The position numbers and the translations under genes were made by a program. The notes under the pieces were generated by a model, which was not told the DNA's origin, did no database searches, and saw nothing but the letters and a program-made list of their open reading frames with translations. A stretch of DNA of 64,000 bases from NCBI RefSeq assembly GCF_036321535.1, contig NC_087437.1, forward strand, positions 37,140,001 to 37,204,000, given 5' to 3'. This document shows, piece by piece, positions 22,892 to 37,575 of this stretch. The number at the start of each line of letters is the position of its first letter. Position 1 is the first letter of the stretch. The stretch is from Camelus dromedarius (lineage: Eukaryota).

Positions 22892-25800
22892 AGTTAGAGG
22901 AATAATTATATAATTAAGTGGCTGAGTTGACAAATTGCTAAAACTTCCACCATTAAAAATTGGCAATTTTCATGGGAAAAAAAATGAAATGATTCTCAAA
23001 TGTATGAATTTACAATCAAGTAAATACAAAACTATCTGTCCTGTATTATTTGAAATAGAATTTCCAGGGGAAAAAAAGTGCTGCTTGAAACCTAGTTAAC
23101 AAACCTAGCTAACAAATATGATCATACAAAATTAGGACAAAAAAATGAATCACAATAAAATATAGTAGCTAAACATGTGTGTCAGTTATGATCTAGTGGT
23201 GTATAAGAATAATTAAACATGTATCACATTTACAATGTGGGCGTTTTATCACAGAGGTGCTCTTTATTATAATCTCTTCCTTGAAACTGCACTTTAACCA
23301 AATAATATCTCTAGAAACGGTTGTTAAAATGCATAAATGCCACTTTTTCAGTTTGAGCATTGTCATCTATAAGCAAAATGAAAATTTGAATCTGACAAAT
23401 ATACACAGAAGAGAAACAGAAGAAATCTAAAAAGACAATAAATATATATTTCAGTAAACAGTGTAATTAATATATTTTGTTGCTAATATTACTATAACTC
23501 CCACAATTGTACATAGGTTTTTAAAAATGACATAAATAATTGCACAAAATAAATTTGTAAGTTATAGCTTGGTAAAAGCACAATATTTTATCAGCTTTTC
23601 CTTACTGAACAAGTAAAACATAAATGTCTGAAAATGTCCAAAGACTAGTAAGTGAAACCCAGAGATAATCAGTTGTAGAATTTTCAAGGTTTGATTTAGC
23701 ATTATGTTTAAGCCTTATTTGTTATTACTTTCTCTGCTACTTGTCAGGCTGCACCAAACTGGAATTAATTTGTAAATCACAGGTTACTGGACACAAATGT
23801 TGACTTCAATAAAAACTAAATCTCTATGAGGGTTTTATTTTAAGTGCTATTTTCTTTGACTTCTAGTGACTGCAGGAAGTAATATTTATTCATAATACTA
23901 TGAGCTCATTATAAATACAGAAAAATACTTAGCAAATATATTGAAGTTTTAATTACTGAAAAACACAGCAGGCCTCTATATACCATAAAAATGAGTTCTT
24001 TTTATTTTATAATTAATGTAATTGAAGAAGCCTACTATACCAATTCTTAGAATTATGCTCTCACTGACATATTTTTGATCATAAATATTTCTTTAATGAA
24101 TTTCCCTGTAATTTATTACTTATGAATTTAGAAAACCTGATACTCAAAAGTTTTCATTGAAATCAATACTCACATTTTTCTTTAGGAAATCAAAGCTTAC
24201 CCGTTTATTCATGGGAACACTATTAGTAATAGCTGAAGATATGACTAAAGCTGGTTGAATAATCTAGAGCAAATGTGGCAAAATATTAACAATTTTAAAA
24301 TCTACAGGACATAGTATATCTACAGGGGTGCACATAATTCTTTAAAATTCTCTAATTTTGACATTTTATATATTAGGAAAATACATTAGGAAAAATCATT
24401 CAGTTCTAGAAGGCTTCATCACTCATATTACTCTTCAAGTTTATAAATTTCCAAAGTACTTTAAGAAACTTATTATTGTAGCTATTGAAAAGGATATGGT
24501 GGTTTAACACCAGAAAGTAAATACCTTTGTCACTTTGGCCTATAGCAGAACATTAGCAAATAAATGCACTACTATGTATGCTTAAGCACAATAAATAAAT
24601 AAACAAATTGAAATTTTTACAGATTATGGATGAAATGTTCATGTGATACAGTGATAATGAGTATTAGGTTTCCTTTATGCATAAAGTATCTTCAGTATAT
24701 TTTATATGTATCTTTTTATTTTAACATTAAGCATATAGACATTTATTTAGATACATTCTCTCAGGGAAAAGTGTTTCTTTCCTAAAGTAAAAAAGATATC
24801 TATATTGAAATATCTTTAAAATATTGATTTCAAAATTGGTTAAGTATAAGTTACAGTTTTTTCATGTTGTTCCAGGTGTATGAATACTGTTTCTTGCATA
24901 CATTATCATTATACAGTAGGAAAGTTCTCACTCTAATTTTTTTCTCTTTTACATTAAGAAACAGAAATACCAGCATAGGCTGTGTTAGAATTTTCAGCAA
25001 CACTGTACTTTGTGATTCAAAGACACTTGAGTATGACTGAAAAATGTTCATAAAATATTATTTTAGAGAATCTAAATCTGTCATCTTTCATAGCATACAA
25101 TTAATAATTATTTTCTAAATGTAAATCAATTAAAATTTTAATGTACAAATTTAATGTCTTTTTTTATCATATAAAATTACATATAGACATGTTTACTGGG
25201 AAAATTATGAAATAATTGCTCTTTGTTCCCTATTAATAATAGTTAGTTTTTTTTTAAAGAACACATTTAAAAAAGAGACTAATACTTATATAAATTTCCT
25301 TCATCCTGACTCACCAGGTATATAAGAATTCCAACGGTAGTCACAAGTAGGTTAAAATTAGACCATTGATCACAGTAAACTTTATTACTATAATGTCTAA
25401 CACAGAATGTCCAACCCCAAATATAAAATATCTAATAGTTTATAGTACCTTTTTGCATAAAGTTATATGAGAAGTCTAATAAACACATACACACAGTCTG
25501 TAATAAGTATAATCAAACTCTGACATTTTGGTTCAAATCTCTTAAATTGTATTACATTTCTGTTGAGGTTAATTACCCCAAAATTGGAATCCAGAAATAA
25601 AAATAAGTTGGGTTACAATATATAAATAGGATAGGACAAGTTTTGCTTTGTTTTACAAGAAAGCCTTTTAAAATACAGAGTAGAGAAAAAATAAATTAAA
25701 AAAATAGAAAATAGAGAATAAGAAAAAGTAACTAGACTGTAAAATTTAACTCCTTTAATTACATAAAATGAGTTGATGGCATGTGCTTTATCCTGAGGTT

Positions 25801-26579
25801 ACTGAAAGTAATCTTTTAGCCATATATCATTTTTAGTGGGATAAAGAATTTAAAATAACTAAGTAGACTAAATAAAGATTCTTTCTGACCCCTGCACCTC
25901 CACTGGAAAAAATAAAGATGTTTAAACCCTTACATTTCTCTGTTCTGGATAGGTTCAAGGAAAATAGATTCTTAAAATATCTGAAATATAAAAATAAAAA
26001 AGATGTTGAATATATGATTAATTTATGACATTATAAAATCTTACTTAATAACTGCTTTCTATAATTTTCAGTCCTTACTGCTCCATTTCAAGAGTATAAA
26101 AATAATTTGTAAGAAATTTTACAAGTAATCCCAATTATTTTGGGGGTAAGAAAAGCATACTATGGGCCCATAGTTAAATCTAATTTTTTGTTTGCTTGTT
26201 TCTTTGTTTTAATAAATACTTTTAAATTTTAGTTAGATTTGGACTATGTTCTTCCTTTTTATTAATTTTATTTTTATAATGTGTCAGAAGTTTGATGCTT
26301 ATTTTTTATAAGCTAATAAATTATATTTTAATCAATCTAACACATTATATTTTAATCACAAGAATACAAGCTATGAGGATGAAAACCATTGACCATTTTA
26401 TTTCTTAACAAAAATCTGAAATTTTCCAGTGAATTGAAATAGAAGAGAAAAACAGGGAGCGCCCTACACTAGGCCTGTTCTTGCTTATCCTAATAAATGT
26501 CTTTGGTTTTCTCCTTCCCATTAGAGGTGAAAGGAGGTGGCATTATCTCACACTCCCCATGACTCTGCACTTTGCAGCC

Positions 26580-26820
26580 ACTGTAGCATAACACAGTGGA
26601 AAAAGCACAGGTTTTATTGACAGGCATACTTGAATTTTAATTCTAACTCTATCAATTACTTGCTATGAGACCTTGGGGGAGATGCTTACTTATAAGCCTT
26701 AGGGTCCTCATTAGTAAGATAGTGATGATCACATCTAACTCACCATACTGTGAGGATTAAATGACAAGTCGTGCATAGAAGAGATTAGCACTGCGAGCTG
26801 TAGTAAATACAGCTGTTCTA
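26580..26820 (+). mobile_element. MIR SINE
   Basis: cttgctatgagaccttgggg...ctcattagtaagatagtgatgat...tgtgaggattaaatga. Confidence 0.75.
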
Positions 26821-27479
26821 TTGAAATTATTATCATTATTATTACTACTGTTAGAGAAATGACAGGTGGCCCCAAAACAGTTCTGGGGTAAGAAATGGCA
26901 CCTCCTCTCAAGCCACCTTTCCCAAGATTCAGAATTCATTGAAAGAACAAGAAAGAACATTTGGTTGCATAGTATGAAACCTGCCATGACCTCTACTTCT
27001 TCCTGTCTGGTGACTTCAGCAGTCATATCATGGGGCAGAGGTACTGCTCTCAAAACAGACCCTTGAAGAGTCAGGGAGAACTATGCCCTGACTTAAGAAC
27101 AGTAGCTGACACAATTATTGTTCCTCACATACTATGAAGAGTTTAAAGTATGTGTTCAATTATGCAAAGGTATAATGTTTGAATATTAGGATCTACAGCT
27201 ATCATTTTTTTATTATGCAGGTAAATAAATTTTTTCTTATGCAGGTATTTCTGTTTAAAATAGGATTCTGCAATGCCATTTAATTTGCATATTGGGGGAA
27301 GGAGTTTAAAAAATACTATTCTAAGCATATCCACCTATTAAAATAGCCATACTCACATACATTACTGTATTTTTCCTAGGACAATTTCTTCCTGGAAATT
27401 TCTCCTTGCTCCTTTTTTATAATGCTTACAATTTTGTAAACTAATTGGGACCCTAGCAGTGCTTGATCTGTGTAACTCA

Positions 27480-27610
27480 AATAATAGCTAATATTTGCTG
27501 AGTGCTTTACAAGTGCTGATGTATTATTTTATTCAATTATTTAAAAAACTTTGTGACTCAACATTATTATTCTCATTTTACAGTCAAGAAAACTAAGATA
27601 CAGAAGTTGT
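27480..27610 (-). mobile_element. MIR SINE fragment
   Basis: taatagctaatatttgctgagtgcttt...attattattctcattttacagtcaagaaaactaag. Confidence 0.65.
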
Positions 27611-30403
27611 TACTATAATGATTTCTCCAATAAAAATGTTAAAGTAATAGCATATTGAGAAATCTCTGAAGACAATTAACTCTCAGGTATATTTTCAGCT
27701 CTGAAAATGTGAATTCTTATTTTTATTACTGTCTCCTTGTTCTGTTGTCTCTTTAAACAGCTGACAACTATTTTTGGAATGATAGAGTTCAGCTGATTAG
27801 AGAAGGTGCTAACATGTCAGGTACACAGTACAGACTTCCTCCCTCACTTAAGGGTCTTAAAACCACTTTACATAAAGCAGTGATATTACCTGTTTAAAAA
27901 TAAAAACCAAACTCCCAGTTTCTCTCCTACATTATCCCCATGTTTCCTTTGTTTTCCTTATTGATATCTAAAACAACAGCAACTCAAAGTGAGTTCACAT
28001 TTTTAGGTATAAAGGAAGAATCTCTTGTCTCTTCACATTTGCGTTGTTTCTATTCCTCCTTTCCTCCTCTTTCTTCTACATTCCACCTTGTTAAATTGTT
28101 AAAACAGTGGGTGATAATATGCTTAATATTAAGTTAATGTTAAGTGCAACAGTGATTGTAATAATGTAATTTGTTTAGCAAATCAAACTAACAAAGGCCT
28201 TTAGTGAATATTTTTAAGTTGGACATTACTGGATATATTGAATTTATTTGTACTGGTTAATTAGGGAAGGCAATTAAAGAAGGTAAGGGAAAGATTACAG
28301 GGGAGAATCTGAAAACTGAGTTTGAATGGAGATATCTATATATATGTATTTGTTTATAAATATGAAAGACAAAGCTCTGTGAAGAGCTAAGGTACTTAGA
28401 AGTGTACCTCGTCTATATCAAGAATAGCTTAAGCAGCTGCTGGAACACAGATTGATCTGGCAAATCATCACCTCAATAAGGCCAGGCGGATTCTGTCAAC
28501 ACTGATGAAAACAGATACTGAACCCCAGATCAACTAGACTCTGAGCTTGCCAGACATTCACTTTTTGGTCAATTACAAAATGGAGAGTAAGTATGGAAAT
28601 TTGGAAAGCTTTCAGGAGTTGATAAGAAAAATGCTTTGAAACAGAACTTCAATGAAGCCTTCATTGCAACTGCAATGACACTGTTAATGCATTATGTAAC
28701 TCTTTATCTCCAAAACACTGTCAGACCTAATTATTCACTGTACACACTTATCATGCAATGACAAATAAGTATAAATAAGGAGATACATGAAACTAAGTCT
28801 TCACAGCATCAAATGTTGCTGAAGCTGGTGGGTGTGAGAAAGCAAGAGAACAAAGTTTCTGTCATTGTTTTAGATTTTAAACATCTGACAAATGTCAAAA
28901 TTCTGTGTCTTCCATTCTGAGTAATCTGTCAAGTTCTCTTCAGATATGATTTTATTCAAAACTACTTATATTATACTTGTATGCTTTTGTTATTAACTAG
29001 AAAGGTAATGCATGCATTTCTGGAAATTATCTAAAAAGACACAAATAAAGAAAAATATAATCTCTAATGCCAATATCCAGATTTAACAATTGGTGGTAAG
29101 TTTAGGCTTTTCCCTTTCTGGAATATATATGTGGGGGTTGAGGATGGGTGGAGATGCACCAGAAAGTTGTTTGTTGCCTGAAATGGGATATAAACCTCCT
29201 CTATGTGCTACCACCACCAATGCATAAACACTTGGGATGGAGGGAGTACTGACTAGGAACTTAGGTTAGATGAGTAAGGAGAGCACTGAGGTGTTGCAAC
29301 CCCTTCCCTCTCTAGAAACTCTGACTGAGGTTTTGTCCTCATGTTTTAATTTGTGAGACAGAAAAACTTAGTAATTGTCTTTCATGGAAACATACGATGA
29401 GATACTCAGTGAGGGAGTAGTCTCCTAAAGGTGGGAGAATATTTCAATGTAGACTCTGTGAGATTCAGGGGAAATTGTGGCACAGTCGGAGAAAAGGTAT
29501 CACTTCTTGGGTAGGTGAAAAATCTCTTAAGCTGTAGGGACAATGGAAGTTTGGGGAGATTCTGGAGAGATTCTTTTGGCATAGGTATGGTGTTCTAAAT
29601 ATTGGCAGGGTTATGATCGTTTTCAAGTGGCAGCAAGATTAGGAAAGGGAAAATAAGATATACTGTTTGTGATTTCTTTTGGACTCCCAGAAATAGCCAA
29701 GGAAAGTCTTGTGGATATCCAGACCCCAGCTTGATTAAGGATCATGAGACTGAAGAAATCAGAATACATGTGGATATGCACAGTTAGTGTGAATGTATTT
29801 CATAAGCCTAGGATGCTTAAGGTCGAGCACACCAGATGATGGTAATGAATCACAGGTAGAAAGATAATATACAGATGACAATGACAGATAGATACATAGT
29901 TAGGTAAGTAGATAGTTTTTATTTAATACTTTTCTTATTTTTTTAACATGTATCTGTTGCTTTTTTTTTTAAATATGACCTCTCTTAAACTCATATGCAT
30001 TTTTTTCTGTAGTCTCCTTTATTTGTCACTAATTTCTAAGCAGAACACTCTACTGCTTCATATCATTATTTGTGGGGTTTTTTTCCCTGTAAATCATAGA
30101 GGCCATATTATTTATAATATGCAAAAATTAAAAGTAGAATACATTTTTATTCTTCTATTATTTTTAAATAATCATTGGAGAATTTACAGAGAATGAATAT
30201 GTAACCACTATAATTAATATTTCAATTTCAAATGTGGCCTAATTATGACCAATTCTATATGTGTGGAATTATGATTTAGTAGATCATTGTTTGATGCATA
30301 TTTGTGACAGTACTATTATGAGTTACCTTCTATTGCTCATAAACTCATTTTCCAAAAAGTTATCTTTTTTTGCAGAAAGAGGTGAAAGTGGAACATAGAC
30401 CTT

Positions 30404-30725
30404 TGTGCCAGGCAGAACAGTGGCCCCTCAAATATGTCTACATCCTAAAGCCTGAAAAATTGTGAGTACGTTAGATGACGTGGCAAAGGGAAATTAAGTT
30501 TGGAGATGGAAAGATGGAATTAAGTTGCTAATAACTGACCAGGAGATGAGGAGATTATCCTCTGTTATTCAGGGAGGTCCAATGTAATCACAAGGGTCCT
30601 TATAAGTGGAAGGGGGAGGCAGAGGCGAGAGACCCTTAGAAACAGCAACAAATAACCCCAAAAGATGTGGCCTAACACTGCTTTGAAAATGGAGAAATGG
30701 GACCCATGAGACCAGAAATGTGAGA
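30404..30725 (+). mobile_element. MaLR LTR (MLT1D/E-like), 3' truncated
   Basis: tgtgccaggcagaacagtggcccctcaaatatgtctacatcc...gagattatcc...ccaatgtaatcacaagggtccttataagtggaaggg. Confidence 0.8.
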
Positions 30726-32948
30726 GAGAATTGAATTATAGACTTGAAACTGAATCACAGATAATCTTTCTCAACCCACCCCAATTCCATTCTCTGATTA
30801 TACGTTTGTAAACTTGTGTAAGGACACTCAGGGGAAGTGAGAATGAAAAACTGAGCTTTTATTTTGCACATTTTCCATTGTCAACTACTGATTTACAGAG
30901 CTACTTTATTCTTAACTCTTCCTATCTGGAAACAAAACAAAACAAACACAAAAAACCTGACCACTGTTAGCATAATAAACTGGCAGTGTTTTATAATGAA
31001 GATAATAAAATGAGGCAATAGAGATTTCAAATCCTCTGTATGCTACCCTCCAGCTAAAAGGGAAAGTCCCTAAATATTTGCTCTCGCAATAAATAACCTC
31101 TGCCCACTCTGTTGACTATTATTGGAGCTCACTAGGTAATATTTCTAGCGAGGCACCATATGCTGTTCTCCTTTATATTACATGCTGGAGTGTACAAGCA
31201 ATACATTTCATTCTGTTAAAGAATATATGAAGTTTTATTGGAGTAGAATTCACTGTATCATTTGGTTTAAATCAAATTCATGAGATTTGCCAACCTCGCT
31301 AATTACTTTAGGAAATATGAGAGAAAAAAAATCCTTAGTTTTTATTCTGGAGAGGTCAACTTATTCCGGCTTGAGCTACCTCTCAAGCTTTTTCTTAGCA
31401 ATAGGGACTTGATGTTCCATTAGCATAATTGCATGCATCCTTCAAGCCTCAAGGAGGACTTCCGATACACTGAAATTTTAACTGCGTCTGACTTCTCATT
31501 TTAAAAAAAAGTAATTTCTCAGAAAAAAATCTTACAGGATCAACAAAGCTATGTGTCATACGGAGGATTAAGGATATTGAAAATGTCTGTTCTGTGATAA
31601 TAAATTTCTTCACTCCTTTAAAATGGAAACCTCAGAGGAAGTGATTTTGAAATGAGAAATTAAGGCCGAGAAACAAGAGGTCATATATAGTTAACCTCTA
31701 TTATCACCAACAACTTACCAACCATATTAGTCTTGAGAACAATCAGATAAAATTTAGCAAATTACATGAATATTGGATAAGAAAGACAATATCCTTTGCT
31801 AATATAAATAGACCTGAACTGCATTTTGAAAGACATTTTCTTTTCTACATTAATGCCTGTTGTTTTAGATATTTATGTGAGAGGAATCATATTTTTAAAA
31901 ATAGCAAGAATCACTAAATTACATATTGAATTGTAGTTTTTAACTCTATCTGCTCGCTTGATGGACATAATTTCCCAAATTCATTAAGTTTCGTTCTTTC
32001 TTTAAAAAAAAATTAAGGATATAGAAAAGATAAATGTCAAGATTTCTTTACTGTTTGCATTCCTTCATTTTAAATTATAAGTATTCATATATATTATTTC
32101 CTGATACAACTGATAACTAAAAATCCAATGGAGAATATTTTTCTAAAACCATGTCAAGGGATGGAATTATTTGAAAACATTGGTATTAATTTTTAGGTAC
32201 ATATCTAAATAGGATAGTAATGTGGGAAATCAGATGTGACACATAATTGGAGGTAAGTGTAAAATATATCACATATTTGAGCACAGTAAACAATATATTT
32301 GCTAAATGAATACATAATCAAGAATAAAATAAAGAGAAAATGTGAATACATTTAGGTAGACCAAATTTAAAAGAGCTTTTTAGTTGTGAAGAGAGAAAAA
32401 TACTTAAAGTGGGAAAAGTAGGAATGAGATAGAAAATAGCAATTTATGTATAAAAAAGGGTAGGCTCTGCGCCAAACACATTGCTTTGAGTCTTTAGATG
32501 TTATCTCATTTAATCCTCATAAAAATACCTCACAGTGCATATCAAGCTTACCATTTTACTCAAGGGAAAATGAGAATTGGGCAATATAAAAGCCCTTTTA
32601 GATTTGTTCAGGACAGTGCAGAACAAGAAAGGGATATGCTTGCTTATGGGTCCTGACTGATAATATGTATAATAACCTGGAGGAAGAGTCTTTTCAATAT
32701 CCATTGTGCCTCCTTTTCTTTCAGTGAAAATTTCCTTCTGAAAAGGCAATTTGAAAAGCAATAGTAAAGAAAAACAGGCATACAGATGAGGTCAGCCATT
32801 TAAGAGAGAGCCTATATGCTTTAAGTGAATCAATGAACATCGATTCACTCCAGTGTACAGAGTGACCGAGTATTCTGGTTCAAGTAGCTATGTAACCAAC
32901 ACCACCAGTCCCTTCTTCTGGATGGACAGTGGAAGCAGATCATCTACA

Positions 32949-33162
32949 TCAGGGGGTGGAAAACTAAGGTCCATAGGCCAAACCCAGTCCACAGCCTGTT
33001 TTTATAAATGAAGTTTTACTAGGACACATTTATACCCCATCAGTGGCTGCCTTTGCACCACAAAGGCAGAGTTGACTAATTAAGGTAGAGACCTTAATTA
33101 AGGCCAACATGGAAGAAAATGCTTGCTATCTGGCCACTTCTAGAGAAAGTCTGCCAATTCTA
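32949..33162 (+). mobile_element. MER58A-like hAT-Charlie MITE
   Basis: cagggggtggaaaactaaggtccataggccaaaccc...tttttataaatgaagtttta...tatctggccacttctagagaaagtctgccaatt. Confidence 0.8.
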
Positions 33163-33539
33163 CTATAGATAGTGACTTGGAAAGTGGAGACTCTGTTAGG
33201 TTGTTAGCTTTCTCTGTTTTTCTACCCATTAAGGTTCATAACACTTGCCAATGTGGAAGCACATGATCACTGCTGTCTTAAAATAAAATTTTAATATTGG
33301 AAAATTATCTTTGAAAGGTAAAATTTTTTAAGAAAATGAATTGTAACATTTTTTTCCATTTATTGTTCTTCTAGTATAGCAAACAAAACACCTTTTACCA
33401 GAATTTACCAACAAAAATATTTTACTGACCTTGGAATCAACTCAAAGAAAAACCAGAGATGGTACAAATATTTTCCTTGAGAAAAGTTCATGTTTCCTGC
33501 CACAGTAGTGTAACAACAAAAGCCCATATCACCATAGGG

Positions 33540-34237
33540 TTTTTTTTTTTTTAATTGAAGTTCAGTCAGTTACAATGTGTCAATTTCTGGTGTACAGCAC
33601 AATGTCCCAGTCATGCATATAAATACATATATTCATTTTCATATTCTCTTTCACTAAAGGTTATTACAAGATATTGAACATAGTTCCCTGTGTTATACAG
33701 AAGAAACTTTTTAAAATCTACGTTTATATAGAGTGGCTAAAATTTGTAAATCTCAAACTCCCAAATTTAACCCTTCCAACCCTCTTTCCCCAGTAACCAT
33801 AAGATTGTTTACTATGTCTGCGAGTCTGTTTCTGTTTTATAGATGAGTTCATAGTGTCCTTTTTTTTCCCTGTTTAGATTCCACATATGAGTGATATCAT
33901 ATGGCATTATATAAAACAAGGCATGATAAATATCCTAGAAGAAAACAGGCAAAACATTCTCTGACATAAATCTTAGTAATGTTCTCCTAGGGCAATCTAT
34001 CCAGGCAATAGAAATAAGAGCAAAACTAAACAAATGGAACCTAATTAAACTTATAAGCTTTTGTAGAGCAAAGGAAACCATAAGCAAAAAAAAAATGACA
34101 ACCTACAGAATGGGAGAAAATTTTTGCAGATGATGCGACTGACAAAGGCTTAATCTCCAGAAATGTATAAACAGCTCATACAACTTAATAACAAAAAAAC
34201 AAACAACCCAATCCAGAAATGGGCAAAGGACCTAAAC
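33540..34237 (-). mobile_element. Lineage-specific L1 with a 5' inversion (minus 3' UTR 33540-33906, inverted ORF2 piece 33907-34237)
   Basis: A poly-T tract is followed by antisense L1 3' UTR (aattgaagttcagtcagttacaatgtgtc...ttccacatatgagtgatatc), then sense ORF2 (cctagaagaaaacaggcaaaacattctctgac...aacccaatccagaaatgggcaaaggacctaaac). Confidence 0.9.
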
Positions 34238-37200
34238 TGATTACGCAGTGTAAGATAAACTCACTCATGTCATACATTACAGAGCCTCCAGAGAGGATAA
34301 TCAATGCAAATACATACAAAGATGAGTGTCAAATTCAGAATCCTTCCAATAATGAAGAGACAATGACCTTTGAAAGTGCTAGAAGTTAAAGTTAGAACTC
34401 CCTGTTGTGTATATTTTAAACTAGAATCATTTTCAAAGCAAACAAAGAAACTCAGTATTATTATTACATTATCACTGTGTTTAATGTTACAAATGGAAGT
34501 AGTGGAAATGTTTGAAGATTTTTGTTTAACCAAATTCTAATTGATATTCTATTTTTGATGTCAGATCTGAGGTGCAGTTTGTTGCCGCTGGTGGTAGTAG
34601 ATATCACTAAAATAAATTTATATTTTGAGACCAAATCAATCCAACATTGGACTCAGCTTTTCCTTTTTAACATTGAAGAATAATGGCTCAGCAGTGCTTT
34701 TCATGAGCATTTACACATTCTGGTAACATCACTGCAACCAATACATATTAATATCTGACAATTCTGTTGATAATGATGATATAAATGATCAAATTGTATT
34801 GTCAATGATGGACTGAAAAATCTTCAACTATATGCATTCGTATACCTTGTCTTTGGAGTCAGATCAACTGGTAAATGAATCACAGTTGATTCCCACTTAC
34901 TAATTCTGTGAATTGAGTGAGGTATTTAATATGTCTGGGCTTCAAATACTGTGCTTTTAGAAATGCTTTATTGGATTGCTACTGTAAAAGCAGTACTCTG
35001 GTCTTTGAAAACTTAAACAAGAACTGGTAATTAAATCAGTTATTTTCATTTATTAATTCTGTGTATTAAGTGACAAATTTAACATGTCTGAGCCTCATAT
35101 AGCTCATCTCCAAACTTGGGATGCCAATATCTAATTAATAAGAAGAAGTGCAGTTTAATTGGTGTATAAATTGTTCTTAGCGCATGGTGACCTAAAATAA
35201 ACACTCAGAATAATCATCAACACCAATAATGAAAATTGAGAAAGACACTAGAAAATGCTAATAAGCAAGAGCTTTTCAAATTTTCCAAACTAGGAAGATG
35301 ATGAGGAATATGATTTTCTTTGGCTAAGCAAACATATATGCTCACCATGCTTCTCCTTTGCTATCTTTATTTACAACAGAGAGTGGAGGATGGAAAAGTT
35401 CACTTTCTCTGCCTCCTTTACCTGTGTAGGTCACCATATGATACAGTTTGGAATGGATTAAATCAGAAGTATGCTACACTTATCCTTTTTTCACTATCTG
35501 GATGAAAAGAACAGGTATGCTGGTACCTGGCCTTCCCATTCTTTGCTTTAAAATTCCAGTATTAGGCCTGGAGCTTCAACTACCACCCTAAGACTATCAT
35601 GTAAAATATATAAAGGAAAGACCAAGAGAATTTTTGTGCACCAAGCCAAGGTTTGTATATTAGTGTGCAGGCCCATAAATCTGTATGGAGTGTTTGTGTG
35701 TTTATGATTAAGTGAATGTGTTAATAAATATCATTTACATATAACATATATGCACACCAATTAGAGATGTAAAAGAAATGAGTATATCCATGTATACATG
35801 ATTTAGAGATGTTCAATGCATATTTTATATAAAAATAACAAGTTGCAGATTTATGAGTTTATGTTTAAGCAGTAATAAATCATGTCACCAGCTACACACA
35901 AGAAAACTTAAGTCCCTACATTTGAGCTAGGATAAACAGATGAGGCTGTGTGTGTACACAGAAGTGCATAACCAGATTGCTAGTTTTATATTTGATATAC
36001 GGCTGCAGGGAGGATGAAGATGGGAGAGAGCAGAGAGAACTAGCTTTCTCATTATACATCTTCATATCGTTACACTTGATCAAATGTGAATATTTAGATT
36101 ATTTTATATGAATAACTCATAAGCTCTCAAGGATTATGTAGAATATCATATTAAGTAAAACTATTGAGAACTTATGAATAAAACTATACGAGAGAGAGGC
36201 AAGTGGTCATTCAGTAAATCTAGTTTAACTGAGTTTAGGAAATGTCCTGGAGGCGTAATGACACTCAGTTCAATACATCACTAGCTAATTATGTTTTATA
36301 ACTTTTACTGTAAATTGCATTTTGTTATTTATTGAAGGTACCATGACAAATACTAATTTTTAAATTGTAAGGCTAAAGAATAAGACATAGATGAAGCTGT
36401 TTCCAGTTCTCTGTTTAAAATGATCTTTTGATTAAATGTTGTCAGTTTAAAATTAAATTAACAGATAATTTAGTGTATATAAATTATTCAAGAGAGCATC
36501 TCTAAGCCTTGTAGATGAAATTGACTTTATGAGTCTTCCTGACTTCAGATATGACAATAAATTCCATTACATAAACTGACTTCTTAATTCTATTGAGTTT
36601 AATGGCAATGCTCCTGAATTAGATGTTCAAAACATGATTGTTTACTTCAAATATATTTTTCATCTGTTTCCAGGCAAGCATTTATTTTTTAAATCAAATC
36701 TTTTAAAGCTATTGTGTTGGAGTATTTTTGAACTGAGACTAAACAATATTGATAAGGTTGAGTTATACTGGAAAATGTGGTTACTAATGAGAATACTTAC
36801 ACTAATTTAGATGTTAATAATCATATGCCCAACTTTTAAAAATAATTTTGATTCAATTCTGCTATGAAAATAAACAAAACAAAGTTTAATATAAATCGGA
36901 GTTACATTTGTTCAAATATTTGAAATTTTCAGTATGTGCACATAACAATACTTTTACTTAGAGGGTCATAGGACTTGATGATAGAAAATAGAAAAGTAAG
37001 ATTTTTGGTGGTCATGTGAAGCAGTATTAGTGTAATGTTTAATAATGAGCTGTCAGTTTTACCTTATAAAGGTAACTTTAAACTTCAAACACTGTTCAGT
37101 ATACAGAAAAATGGGACAGATCTTTGTCTCTGCGGAATAAACAACCAACCACCAAACCATATTTTCTACAGTACTTTTGGTGCTATTGGTATGTAAGGAA

Positions 37201-37575
37201 GCCTTAATGAATTGAATTACAGAAAATGCTAGACTTCCCTAGTTAAATGGAGAATCCTGTTGGCAAAAGCTGAGAAAAATCATATTTAGGATGTAGACAG
37301 GCTGAGGAGTGTTTTCAATAGGAAAGGGGACATTGTGCGGGTAAAGAGAAATCAAGGAAGTCTAATTGTGGACAGCTGGGGAAAAGTGAAATCTAACAGT
37401 GCCTTGAACACAAGACAACATCATGAAATTCCCTAAGTTTTTATACTTTCTAACTCAAGAATTTACAAAATAATTGGAATTCAAGGAAGGGAGAGAAATG
37501 GGAAAATTTATTCAATGTTCTCATTATCACATCATTATGGTGCTTCAATTCCTGGGCCCTTCCAGGGATGAAGCT

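Noticed and set aside
34572..34600. CTCF-like motif gccgctggtggtag
   Set aside because: Several mismatches to the core and wrong spacing to the upstream TGCAG.
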